Of a stretch of DNA of 64,000 nucleotides, positions 49,722-64,000 are shown piece by piece (position 1 is the stretch's first letter; every line of letters starts with the position of its first letter). The DNA is taken from the NCBI GenBank assembly GCA_000004695.1, contig CM000152.2, positions 6,080,001-6,144,000 of the forward strand, written 5' to 3'. Origin of the DNA: Dictyostelium discoideum (Eukaryota). A program made the translations under genes and the position numbers. The notes beneath the pieces are model-generated. The model saw only the letters and a program-made list of their open reading frames with translations, was not told where the DNA came from and did not search any database.

Positions 49722-49810
<89 letters not shown>

Positions 49811-51150
49811 GATTGTACAGTTGTCTTTGGTAAAGGTGAATTAATTGTATTTATATTTATATTTGTATTTATATAACCATCATTAAATAATTGTAAATAA
49901 TTAAATAATTCTTGTAAATCAATTTGAAGATTTTGAATTTGTTGATCAATTGATTTAAATGAACCAATTCTAATTTGATAGATAATGTAAACTAAATTAT
50001 TATAAACTTTTAATTGTTTAAATGATAGAATCGAATCTCTGATTTTAATAGGAGTTGAACGTGATTGTTGAATTATGGAATTTGTAGATTTAAAACCATC
50101 CATTAAATAATGAAAAAACTCTGGTATCTTATTAGCATCACTATTGAATTCTGAAACTTGTAAATTCATTTCATTCAATAATTTAAAACAATACTCTAAC
50201 ATTTCATTCAATGTACTATAATCAAAATGCATTATACTATAATGACATTTTATAGTTGTTAATAATACTAATAAAAATGGATTAGAATTTAATTTTTCAT
50301 TTACAATTTGTATTGATTGATCTAAAGATTGATGTGATAATTTTAATTGATTATTATTATTATTTGTATTATTATTATTATTTGTATTACTATTATTATT
50401 ATTATTAATAGTAGTGGTAGTAGTATTTGATTTTAAAACTATATATGATTCTTTAATTAAAAAATATAACATCCATTCATTACTATTTAATCTATATATA
50501 TATATATTTAAAATTATTAATAATTGAAATTATGTATATATATAAATAATAATTATTATTATTATATATAATACATACAATTTTGCATATCTTTTTGATT
50601 TTTTAATTTCTTGTTTTACTAAATTTGTAGCACCACCATTATAAAAGATTTCAATTAAAAAGAAAGATATTTTACATAACAATTCTAAAGAATTGGTTGA
50701 TTGTTGATCGGCAGATAATAATAATGCAGATTTTTCAAGATTGTATCTGGCATCATTAAAATTATGAGTATATTGAAATAATAATTCTGCTATTTTAATT
50801 CTTGTTATGGCTTCTTCTAATGAGGTTAATCTAAACTTTATAATTTCTTTACTATATTTTCTATTAAATCTATTTTTAACTTTTTGATTTATTTCTTCTT
50901 GATTCTTTACACTATTATGTAATATTTGGTAATCAATATCACCTCCATTACCATTACCATTATTATTACTAATTCCAAAACTATCATTTTCACTATCTTC
51001 TCTAAATCTAATTAATGATTCTAAACATTTAATTGCATTTAAAATTTCACCACTTGATACTAACTGTTCTGATGTTACCCACATAAAATGAATTATAATT
51101 TTATTATTATCTTGTTCATTCATTGGTATTATATCTTCTCTATTATTCAT
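48420..51150 (-). CDS. MAU2/SCC4-like cohesin-loader subunit (TPR-like; about 798 aa, four exons)
   Basis: Exon 1 is 51150..50579 (MNNREDIIPMNEQ...; donor GTATGT, phase 2). Exon 2 is 50491..49243 (donor GTAAAT). Exon 3 is 49175..48740 after a 67-nt intron (donor GTAAGT, phase 1). Exon 4 is 48559..48420 (...KQYLLNLLKLNK, then the stop). There is weak but repeated similarity to MAU2: IFHLTCGPQYLSCVCYVICAIHSRALGEQERAIYCLEKSQQLID versus [39 protein letters not shown], and the C-terminal AQLTCNILNQLAKLYISL versus LTACSLVLLGHIFYVLG. Confidence 0.45.
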
Positions 51151-51189
51151 TTTTACCAATCACTGTTTATGTGTGAGAAATATAAAAAT

Positions 51190-51231
<42 letters not shown>

Positions 51232-51241
51232 AAAATCATTG

Positions 51242-51280
<39 letters not shown>

Positions 51281-51867
51281 AAATATTTCTTAGAAAAAAA
51301 AAAAGTTAAAATCAAGAAAATAATCTTGTAACTTAATAATTTTAAAAAAATAAAATTATGTTCTTATTTTATTTATTGATATAAACATTGACTCCCTAAA
51401 AAAAAAAAAAAAAAAAAAAAAAATTTTCACTCTCAAAAATTATTTAATTTTATTTAATAGATATCCAAGAATGTTAATTATGATAAAATCTATTTTTTTT
51501 TGTAAATACACTTTTTATTTTATCCATTTTTTTTAATAAATATTTTAATTTAATTGTCAATAAATCTTAAAATTAAAAAATAAATAATAATTTATGACTA
51601 ATCAAATTATTTTTTTTTTATTCCCGAATAACTAGATATTTTTTCTTCCACAATTGTGACTCAATTTTTCACAGAAAGGTGTCTTTTTTTCAAAGCAAAA
51701 CACACACCAAATTAATTATTTATTTTTTTATTTTTTTTATTTTTTTTTTATTTTTTTTATTTTCACTTTTTTAATTTTTTATTTTTTTATTTTCATTTTT
51801 TTTATTTTTTTTTTTTTTATTTTTCTATTTTAGTTGATAAATCATTTATAAATCCAATTAAAAAAAA

Positions 51868-52842
51868 ATGTTTAGAAAAATCTCAAACAAAATTGTTTTA
51901 ATGTAAATATTTTAAATTAAACAAATATTTAATGTTTGAAAATTATTATTATTAAATATTTATTTATTTATTTATATATTTAGTACTGGTGCATCATCAG
52001 GTATTGGTGAATCATGTGCAAAAATATTCCATCAAAATGGTAACCATATTGTAAGCATATATATATATATATATAAATAATTATTCAATATTGTTAAATT
52101 TATAATAATAATTATATATTTATATTTTTTTTTTATTTTTTTTATTTTTTTTAATTTTTAGATTTTATGTGGTAGAAGAGTTGATAGATTAAATAAATTA
52201 AGAGATCAATTAATTGCAAACAATTCAGGTGGTAAAGTTTTAGCATGTCAAGTTGATGTATCATCAATGGAATCAATTGATAAAATGATTAATGAATTAC
52301 CAGAAGATATGAAATCAATTGATATTTTAATTAATAATGCAGGATTATCGTTAGGTATGGATTCAGTTTCAGAGATTGATGCAAAAAATGATTTAGATTC
52401 TGTAATTGATACAAATGTTAAAGGTGTATTCCGTGTAACTAGAAAGATATTACCAAATATGATTCAAAGAAACTCTGGTTACATTTTCAATGTTAGTAGT
52501 ATTGCAGGCTCAATGTTTTACCCAAATGGTAGTATTTACTGTGCCTCGAAAGCTGCTGTAAATGCATTCTCAGATGTACTTAGAAAAGAAGTTGTTAGTA
52601 CTAAAATTCGTGTAACTAATGTTTGTCCAGGTCTAGTGGAAACTGAATTTAGTCTTGTACGTTTCAATGGTGATGCTGATAAAGCAAAAAAACCATACAA
52701 TGGTATCGTAGCATTAACACCTGACGATATTGCTGATAACATCTATTATTGTGCCTCTAGACCTGACCATGTACAAATTACAACAATTGAAACAATGGCA
52801 AATAATCAAGCATCAACTAGAGATATTTATAGAGAACAATAA
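51868..52842 (+). CDS. Short-chain dehydrogenase/reductase (NADP-dependent; YdfG/YMR226c-like serine/3-hydroxyacid dehydrogenase type; about 260 aa, three exons)
   Basis: Exon 1 is 51868..51902 (MFRKISNKIVL; donor GTAAAT, phase 2). Exon 2 is 51984..52050 (ITGASSGIGESCAKIFHQNGNHI, the Rossmann TGxxxGIG motif; donor GTAAGC). Exon 3 is 52162..52842 (NNAG, the catalytic S..YCASKAA Ser-Tyr-Lys motif, and PG.V.T). Confidence 0.75.
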
Positions 52843-52902
52843 ATAAATAAATAAATAAAAAATTGGGTAATTTAAAAAATATTTTTATTTTTATTTTTAT
52901 TT

Positions 52903-54747
<1,845 letters not shown>

Positions 54748-55193
54748 TAGATAATTGTTATTATTATTATTATTACTAGTTATTATTATTATTATTATTA
54801 TTACTAGTATTATGTATTCAATTTTAATTTTTTGTTTTATTTTTTCTTTTTTTTTTTTTTTATTATGTTTTATTTTATTTTATTTTTTTTCATTTTTTTT
54901 TTTATTTTTTTTTTTTCATTATTTGAAAAAAAAAAAAAGGGGCAAGATTCAACATTTATTTATTTTCAAATAACAATTGGGATTGTTAAAAAAAATTAAA
55001 AAAAAAATTTAATTAAAATTAAAAAAAAAACAATTTTAAAAAAAATTTTTTGAGTGTTTATTTTTAAAGTGACTATTATACAATTAAATAATTTTTTTTT
55101 TTTTTTTTTTATCCTGATATATACGGTTGATTTATACAGGTTGGGTTTTGATATTTACGAATGATTTTGATGGTTTACTATTTACGAATTTTA

Positions 55194-55226
<33 letters not shown>

Positions 55227-55301
55227 CCTTCTTTTTTTTTTACTTTAATTTTTTTTTTTTTTTCCTTCTTTTTTTTTTTTTTTCCTTCTTTTTTTTTTTC
55301 A

Positions 55302-55754
55302 TTAACGAGAGAAACAACAGAATTGGTAAATATCACTTAATAAAGTTTCCAATTCTTCTTTAGAGAAATCACTTTTCTTTGAAAATGACTTGGCCCAAGA
55401 GAAACCTTTCATTCTTGAATCAATAATTGGTAAAATGATTTCGCCATCTTCATAAATGGTACAACAATAACGATCAGAACCGGTTGTAGTATTATTATTA
55501 TTATTATTATTAATTTTATTTATACTATTATTATTATTATTATAATTGATTGTATAATCTTTATGAGTTACAGTATAGGATTGTTGTGGAACAATTAAAT
55601 TCTCTGATGAGGTGGAAGCACTTGTTTGAGTTTTCCAGCAGGTAATTAGGAAATTCTCTAACTGAATTGGATAATAAAAACTATATTTTGAATTTCCAAA
55701 CTTTCTTGAACATTCTAATTCTAATGAACATACTAATTCTTGTTGTGGTACCAT
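55302..55754 (-). CDS. Small hypothetical protein (150 aa)
   Basis: A single ORF with coding-like composition flanked by poly-T promoter-like DNA. No recognisable domain. Confidence 0.3.
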   Translation of the reverse strand: MVPQQELVCSLELECSRKFGNSKYSFYYPIQLENFLITCWKTQTSASTSSENLIVPQQSYTVTHKDYTINYNNNNNSINKINNNNNNNTTTGSDRYCCTIYEDGEIILPIIDSRMKGFSWAKSFSKKSDFSKEELETLLSDIYQFCCFSR

Positions 55755-55853
55755 TTTTAAATTTTATTTTATTTTATTTTATTTTTTGTTTAAATAATTA
55801 TTTTTTTTTTTATAATATATATAAATATATATTTAATTTAAAAAATGAAATTG

Positions 55854-55887
<34 letters not shown>

Positions 55888-56140
55888 TTTTATATTAATT
55901 TTTTATTTTATTTTATTTATTTTTTTTTAAAATTGAAAATAAAAATAAAATAAATTAATTATAATTTAATACAATAATAGAACAAAAAATGCTATTTATA
56001 GAGGAGAGAACCTTTATTAAAAAAAAAAAAAAAAAAAAAATTTCTTTTCTTTTTTTTTTTTTTTTTTTTTTTTTGTAAATTTGAAAAACTTGTGTTATTA
56101 TTATAGAGTGGCGAAAAAATGTGTAGTTTGTGATTAAAAC

Positions 56141-56173
<33 letters not shown>

Positions 56174-56268
56174 AATAATTAAAAAAAAAAAAAATAAAAA
56201 AAAAAAAAAAAAAAAATAAAATAAAATAAAAGGAGACCCACTGAAAATATCTTTGGGCAAGATGAATT

Positions 56269-56301
<33 letters not shown>

Positions 56302-56424
56302 GTTATTTTTGCATTTTTTGGTTGTGTATTATACAAAATGGTTTTGAAATTTGCACCAATCCCACACATATTATCATAACAATTACAATATGGTTGAGAA
56401 AAAAAAAAAAATATTAAAATATAT

Positions 56425-56455
<31 letters not shown>

Positions 56456-56463
56456 CTTAATTT

Positions 56464-56496
<33 letters not shown>

Positions 56497-56861
56497 CTTA
56501 GATTTCAAAATTTGCAAACTTATTATAATCATCATCATTATGATTATATAAAATTTTTTTTTTTTTTTTTTTCTTTTTTTCCCAAGATGGTAATTTTCAA
56601 AATTAGATGGCCTCTTAGATTTAATCTCTTTCAAAATTTAAATCATATTCAGTATTCAGTGAAAAAAAAAAAAAATAAAAAAAAATAAAAAAACAAAAAA
56701 ATGTTAATTTCATATGAAAAAAAAAAAAAATTGGTAAAATAAAACAAGATATTTGTTGATTGATTGGATTTTAGTGAAAATTTTTTTTTTTCCAGAAATC
56801 TTTTGATTTTTATTTTTATTTATTTTTTTTTATTTTTTTTTTTTTCCCAATTGCTTGCCTT

Positions 56862-56894
<33 letters not shown>

Positions 56895-57063
56895 TAAAAT
56901 CAAACCAATCATTGCGAAAAATTAAAAAAAATTATGCAAATTTGGTCAACCAAAAAACACGCAAACGGAGTTCGGCACGGCAAAAAAATTTAGTACCTTT
57001 CACAAGTTTATGATTTTTTTTTTTTTTTTCCCATTTTGGTGACTGATAATCATTTTTATTTTA

Positions 57064-58534
<1,471 letters not shown>

Positions 58535-58566
<32 letters not shown>

Positions 58567-58623
58567 GAATATATTATATGTATATATATATATATATTGT
58601 GTAATTTTATTTAGATCTCAAAT

Positions 58624-58663
<40 letters not shown>

Positions 58664-59155
58664 TTTTAATTATTACTTTTTCATATCAATACTTTTTTAT
58701 TTAAAATTTTTTTAAAAAAAAAAAAAAATAAAAATAAAAAATTCAAAAAAAAAAAAAAAAAAAAAAAAATTAAAATAAACAATTTTAAATTAAAAAAATA
58801 AAATTGGTGCGTGTGAGCGTGAGATATCCAAATGAAAATGATATTTAATAAATAATTGTTTATTTTTAGAAAAATAAAAAATATCCACTCCAGAAAGGAA
58901 AACGAAAAAAAGAATATTTGAAATTTAACAAATTCCTATATCTATATAATAAAGTTTGTAATTAGATTCATTGAATCTTAAAAAATTTTTTTGTTTTTTT
59001 TTTTTTCAACTTTCTTATGTTTTTCACAATTTTCAAAAAAAAAAAATTTCAAAAAAAAAAAATATTTAAAAAAAAAAAAATATCCATTTATTTTTTATAT
59101 CCACCCGCCACCATAATAATTTATTATTATTATTAATAAGTAATAGAAATAAAAG
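58535..59155. promoter_or_regulatory. Divergent promoter region between pex10 (minus strand) and the PNK-like gene (plus strand)
   Basis: A 620-bp AT-rich spacer between head-to-head ATGs. It carries one GC-rich element, ggtgcgtgtgagcgtgag, at about 58807..58824. Confidence 0.35.
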
Positions 59156-61114
59156 ATGGAACCAATTCCAGATATTTCAAAATTAAATATTAATGATTCT
59201 ACTACCACCACCAACACCACCACCAACACAACACCAAATAAAAAACCACAACAACAAAATTCCAAACAAGCACCAAAAGTTGCATTATTAACAGAAGAAC
59301 AAATTAAAAAATGTTTACCAATTTTAAAATGTGAAGTTAAAGATTGTAATATTCAAATGAATTTAGATCACTTTAATAATGGTTTACCAATTCATATGGT
59401 CATTAATAAGGAAACTAATGATTTCGTTATTGTTAAAGTTGATAATCAAGAATTAGAAGAATATCAATTAATTTATTCAGTACCAAAAATTCAATCATTT
59501 AAAAAGGATATTTTAATTCAACAACAGCAACCACAACAACCACAACAAAAATCAGAATCATCAGCAGGTGCTGATGAGGAGAAAGAGGATACAACTGTAA
59601 CAACTGTAACAACTGTAACAACTGTAACAACAACAACACCAACAATTACTAAATTTAATTCATATTATATTTCAAATAAATGGAATGGTATGAATATTCA
59701 AGTATTTAAATATAATGGGGCAGATGGTAAGGTGTATATTAGTGCAAAACCAAGAGCATCACCATTCATTCAAAATGATTTAAAATCTGGACCAATCATT
59801 GATTTGATTAATGAAATATTTTCAAGAGATCAAATTGAAATTACCACTGAAAATGATGGTAATTACTTTAAGGTTACCACTAATTTTAATACTACCACCA
59901 CAACAACAACAACAACAACAACAAATGATGATGATGGTGCAAATACTAATAAATTAATGGTACCAAAATTAATTGAATCATTATTCTTAAAGAAAGAAAA
60001 AGAAATTCAATCAATTGTTTTCGAATTATGTGGTAGCAAATTACCACATATTGTAAAGTATGATTTTGATATTGATTTGAAACCACTCTTTACAATTTCA
60101 ACTCAAGGTGGTTTAATTAAACCAATCATTGACGACAATAGTAGTAAAGATAATGGACAAATTCAATTTGTACAATATGTAAAAATTAATAATAGTGATA
60201 ATAATAATAATAGTGAAGAAGATAATAAAAAATTAATTGAATTAATTGATGAAATTAAAATTAATTTATTAAAAGAGAATCAAGAATTTAGAAAAGTTAA
60301 TGGATTATCAGAGAATATGATTTGGTTTAATCATTTCTTACAAGAGGGTAGAGTATTGTATTTATTGAATGATCAAGGTACTTTGATTAATCATAGACAA
60401 ATCTATTCAATTAAACCAAAGGATGCAGAGAAATCACATTGGGAGCAATTTGATAATGGTATTCAAACTAAACTTTTAATGACCGTTAAAGAGATGTCAG
60501 AGAAGTCAATTACAATCGATAAGGATACCTTGAGAAAGGAGTTGGATTTAGACCAAGTCTCATGGAACCGTCATGAGAATGATATTTGTTCGTTGGCATT
60601 ACCACCAGTGGTTGCAACACCATTATCGAAATCAAAGTTGGTTATCACTTGTGGTCTACCAGCATGCGGTAAAAGTTATTTCGCTCAAGCAATCTCTGAA
60701 CGTTCTTCTGGTGCTTGGAAACGTATCAATCAAGATGATCTTGGCACTCGTAAGAAATGCGAAGATCTCTTAAAACAGTACTTGAAGGCTGGTCATAATG
60801 TTATCATTGATCGTTGTAATCAAGATATCGGTCAACGTAGAAATTGGATTAAATTAGCAGCATCTTTAGGTGTAGCCCAAGTTCATTTGATTTGGTTCAC
60901 AATTGATCAAACCATTTGTAAAGGTCGTATCGTTGTACGTGAAAATCATCCAACCATTCCAAAAGGTGATGAAGGTATTGCTATCATTGATAAATTCCTC
61001 ACAATGTTTGTACCACCTTCTGAATTTGAAGGTTTCGCTTCATTAACTCAAGTTTCAAGTGAACAAGAATCAAATGATTTAATTGAAAAATATATTTCAA
61101 CTATTGATTCTTAA
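59156..61114 (+). CDS. Protein with a C-terminal polynucleotide-kinase-type P-loop kinase domain (PNKP / T4 Pnk / AAA_33-like) and an unrecognised N-terminal region of about 500 aa (single exon)
   Basis: A 652-aa ORF. C-terminal motifs align with the mammalian PNKP kinase domain: LVITCGLPACGKSYFAQ (Walker A), RINQDDLGTRKKC versus NRDTLGSWQRC, IIDRCNQDIGQR versus IDNTNPDAASR, and EFEGFASLTQV versus LAEGFSAILEI. No HAD phosphatase DxDGT motif was found upstream. Confidence 0.6.
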   Translation: MEPIPDISKLNINDSTTTTNTTTNTTPNKKPQQQNSKQAPKVALLTEEQIKKCLPILKCEVKDCNIQMNLDHFNNGLPIHMVINKETNDFVIVKVDNQELEEYQLIYSVPKIQSFKKDILIQQQQPQQPQQKSESSAGADEEKEDTTVTTVTTVTTVTTTTPTITKFNSYYISNKWNGMNIQVFKYNGADGKVYISAKPRASPFIQNDLKSGPIIDLINEIFSRDQIEITTENDGNYFKVTTNFNTTTTTTTTTTTNDDDGANTNKLMVPKLIESLFLKKEKEIQSIVFELCGSKLPHIVKYDFDIDLKPLFTISTQGGLIKPIIDDNSSKDNGQIQFVQYVKINNSDNNNNSEEDNKKLIELIDEIKINLLKENQEFRKVNGLSENMIWFNHFLQEGRVLYLLNDQGTLINHRQIYSIKPKDAEKSHWEQFDNGIQTKLLMTVKEMSEKSITIDKDTLRKELDLDQVSWNRHENDICSLALPPVVATPLSKSKLVITCGLPACGKSYFAQAISERSSGAWKRINQDDLGTRKKCEDLLKQYLKAGHNVIIDRCNQDIGQRRNWIKLAASLGVAQVHLIWFTIDQTICKGRIVVRENHPTIPKGDEGIAIIDKFLTMFVPPSEFEGFASLTQVSSEQESNDLIEKYISTIDS

Positions 61115-61648
61115 AAAAATAATAATTAAAATTTTGACTGAAAAAAAATAAAATAATAAATAAATAAATTAATTAATTAATTAATAAATAATAATAATAA
61201 TATATTTAGGATTTTAATTTTAAGTTTTTTATTTTTATTTATAAAGTTTACCAAATTTGGTAAAAATTCGTTAAAACTAATTCCAAAAATGTACATTTTC
61301 CCCCATTTCACCAAAATATCTTTTTTATTTTTATTTTTATTTTGAAACATAAAAAACATCTTTTAAAATTATATTCTATTGTTGTTGTTATTGTTGTTGT
61401 TATTATTGTTGGTGCTATTGTTATTATTAGAAAAATTAAAATTAAAATTAAAATTAATTTTTTTTTTTTAATTTGACCAATCCATTCTTTGTTTAAAAAA
61501 CATGTAACGGTTTGGTTACACTTTTTTTTTTTTTTTTTTTTTTTTTTTTATTTTTTTTATTTTTTTTTTTTATTTTTTTTTAATTTTTTTTTTTCAATTT
61601 TTTTTTTTTATTTTTTTTTTTTTATTATTGTGTAGAATATTATTAATA

Positions 61649-61708
<60 letters not shown>

Positions 61709-62707
61709 AATATCTATAAATATCTCATATGTAATTTTATTTGTATATATTAAAAAGAAATATTATAATTCATTAATTAATTTTCAAATTGTAAATTCCA
61801 CACTACAAAAGTTGTCATTTAATTTCGTCAAAAAAAAAAAAAAAAAAACCTCCAAACCATCGATTTTAATTAAAATATTTTTTTTAAAAAAAAACAAAAA
61901 AAAAAATCAAAAGGTAGTGTTTTAAAAAAATTTTTTTTTTTTTTTTTTTTCCCATTGTGCAATATTGATTAAATATTCTTTAAAAAAAAAATTTATAACA
62001 AAAAGTAAAATTATAATTTTTATTTAATTATTATTTATTGTAGAATAAAAAAAAAAAAAAAAAAAAAAACCATTTTTTTTTTTATTTAAATAATTTTTCT
62101 GCATCAAAAATAACAATATATTTATTATTTTTTAATTTTTTTTTTTTTTATTTTTTTTTGCTATGATGAATTATAATTCATCTTTTTTATTAATTCATTT
62201 TTGTATAATAATATTTTTAAAAATATTATTTTTAAATCTTTGAAAAAAAAAATAATTAAAAAAAATAGAAACAATTAAAAAATAATTAAAAAAAATAATA
62301 ATAATAAAAAAAATAAAATAAAAAGGCAATGTGTTTGAAATAGTAGTAGCAAAGTTTATTGTATTAGTTATTGTTAGTATTAAATTTAGAATATAATTAA
62401 CCCAAAAACCACAAAATAAACAAAAAAAGAAAAACCAACCAAAAAAAAAAAAAAAAAAAAAAAAAAAAACAATACTACGGTGAATTTATTAATTTTCCAA
62501 ATCTTAACTTTATTTTCAATTCTTTTAACAATTATTCTTAATTTTTAATTATAATAAAAATAAAAATAAAAATAAATATAAAAATAATAAAAATAAAATA
62601 ATATTGAAATTCCTTTATTAGTATTATTTTTTTACTGTTATTAATTACTAAAAAAAAAAATACATTAAGCGATTGCTATAAAAATATCTCACAACAATAT
62701 AATATAC

Positions 62708-62740
<33 letters not shown>

Positions 62741-62886
62741 TATCTGGTGTTAAAACACCCCCATATTAACTCTCAAGATAGAGTTTCGCTATTTCATTAT
62801 TGGTTAAAATTAAAATATAATTTTATCCACCCGATTACCTCATACCCCACTTCAATATTTTCTTACCATTTTTTTTTATCTATTTA

Positions 62887-62917
<31 letters not shown>

Positions 62918-63949
62918 TATCCATCATGCCAAATTTTAATCATTTATAATACAAACCACAATCCTAATCTTTACCACCACACTAAATTTTCAAACTCTTT
63001 CACACTTAACCACACACTCACTCACTCTCACACACAACTACTAATTTATAAAATTGTTGTACGTATGATTTTTTTTTAACTATTTTAAAGGATATTATAT
63101 GTAGAGTATTGTATTAAATAATTTGGAATTATAATTTTTTAAAACCAACAATAAAAAAAATAAAAAAAAAAAATAAAAAAATAAATAAATAAAAATAATA
63201 AAAAATAATAAAAAATAATAAAAAATAATAAAAAATAATAAAAAAAACCAACAAATAAAATTGGTATCTATTTTGGATAGTATGGGATAAAAATTTTTTA
63301 TTACTATTTTTATTTTATTTTTTATTATTAATCAATAGCCATAACAGTTTTACATCCACAAATTAGCAAAAACAAAAAAACAAAGTAATACTTTTTTTAC
63401 ATTCTCTTATTCCCCAAAGGGTTTTTTTTTTTTTTTTTCTCCCTTTTTATTTTTTTTTGGCTTTTTTTTTTTTTTTTTTTTCTTTTGTTCCATTTTTGGT
63501 TTTTTTTTTTTTTTTTTTTCTTTTTTTTTTTTCTTTTGACCAAATCACATTCCAATCGATAAAGGAAAAAAAAAAAAAGAAAAAAAAATTACCAAAAAAA
63601 AAAAAAAAATAACGAAGTGTGCGAATTCTCTTTTTAAAAACCTTTTTTTTTTTCAAACATTTTTTGCCATACCACTTTAAAACAATCTAAAAAAATTATT
63701 TATCAGATTGTAAAAAATTATTTTTATTTTACATATACTTTTTATTAAATCAAATTTTTTTTTTTTTTTTTTATGATGGTAAATATTTAATTTTTTTTTT
63801 TCCAAACAATTACTGCCATATCATACCATTAAATAATTAATCTAAATTGGCTGAATAAAATAATTTTTTTATTTTTAATTTTTAATTTTTTTTTATTTGT
63901 TTAATTTTTTTATCTACTTGACTTTTTTTTTTTTTTCCATTAAACCAAC

Positions 63950-63953
63950 CCAC

Positions 63954-63989
<36 letters not shown>

Positions 63990-63990
63990 A
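63950..63990. repeat. (AC)n / CA-rich microsatellite
   Basis: The sequence is ccacacacgcacacacacacacacacacacacaatcacg at the window end. Comparable CA-rich tracts lie at 37965..38060 and 14375..14480. Confidence 0.85.
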
Positions 63991-64000
63991 CGATAATACT

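Noticed and set aside
62747-63079. 110-aa ORF in the distal AT-rich region
   Set aside because: Its composition is dominated by poly-T-encoded Phe runs and CA-rich tracts. It has no coding-like segment, no splice context and no similarity recognised.

Overview
This 64 kb window reads as a strongly AT-rich eukaryotic nuclear segment of Dictyostelium discoideum type: long (AAT)n/(CAA)n tracts inside exons encode poly-Asn and poly-Gln, introns are short and very AT-rich with GTAAGT/GTATGT donors, and intergenic DNA is poly(A)/poly(T)-rich. No prokaryotic operon, CRISPR array or defence island is present. Spliced models were built by hand from the ORF track, donor/acceptor sites and homology recalled from memory. 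About 20 protein-coding genes can be supported. The strongest calls are a five-exon Piezo mechanosensitive channel homolog (~3086 aa, minus strand, 1891..11580), FACT subunit SPT16, a family-A Pol theta/nu-like DNA polymerase, a RasGEF-cNMP-binding-GRAM protein matching GbpD, peroxin Pex10, and Rcl1. Further calls are a MAU2/SCC4-like protein, an SDR oxidoreductase, an F-box/Kelch protein, an EamA transporter, a cytochrome b5/MAPR protein, a GH84-like secreted glycosidase, an HIBCH-like enoyl-CoA hydratase-fold gene carrying an apparent frameshift, and a PNKP-type kinase domain fused to an unrecognised N-terminal region. Accessory-type structure includes an inverted pair of lineage-specific atypical kinase paralogs flanking the EamA gene, of which one is intact (coiled-coil exon plus kinase exons) and one is degenerate. 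There is also a tandem duplication of a small membrane-protein gene whose downstream copy is a pseudogene, a ~62-bp minisatellite, and (GA)n, (AC)n and CA-rich microsatellites. I cannot point to a coherent previously undescribed system; the kinase-paralog pair, the PNK-like fusion protein and the degenerate HIBCH-like gene are the most unusual items.
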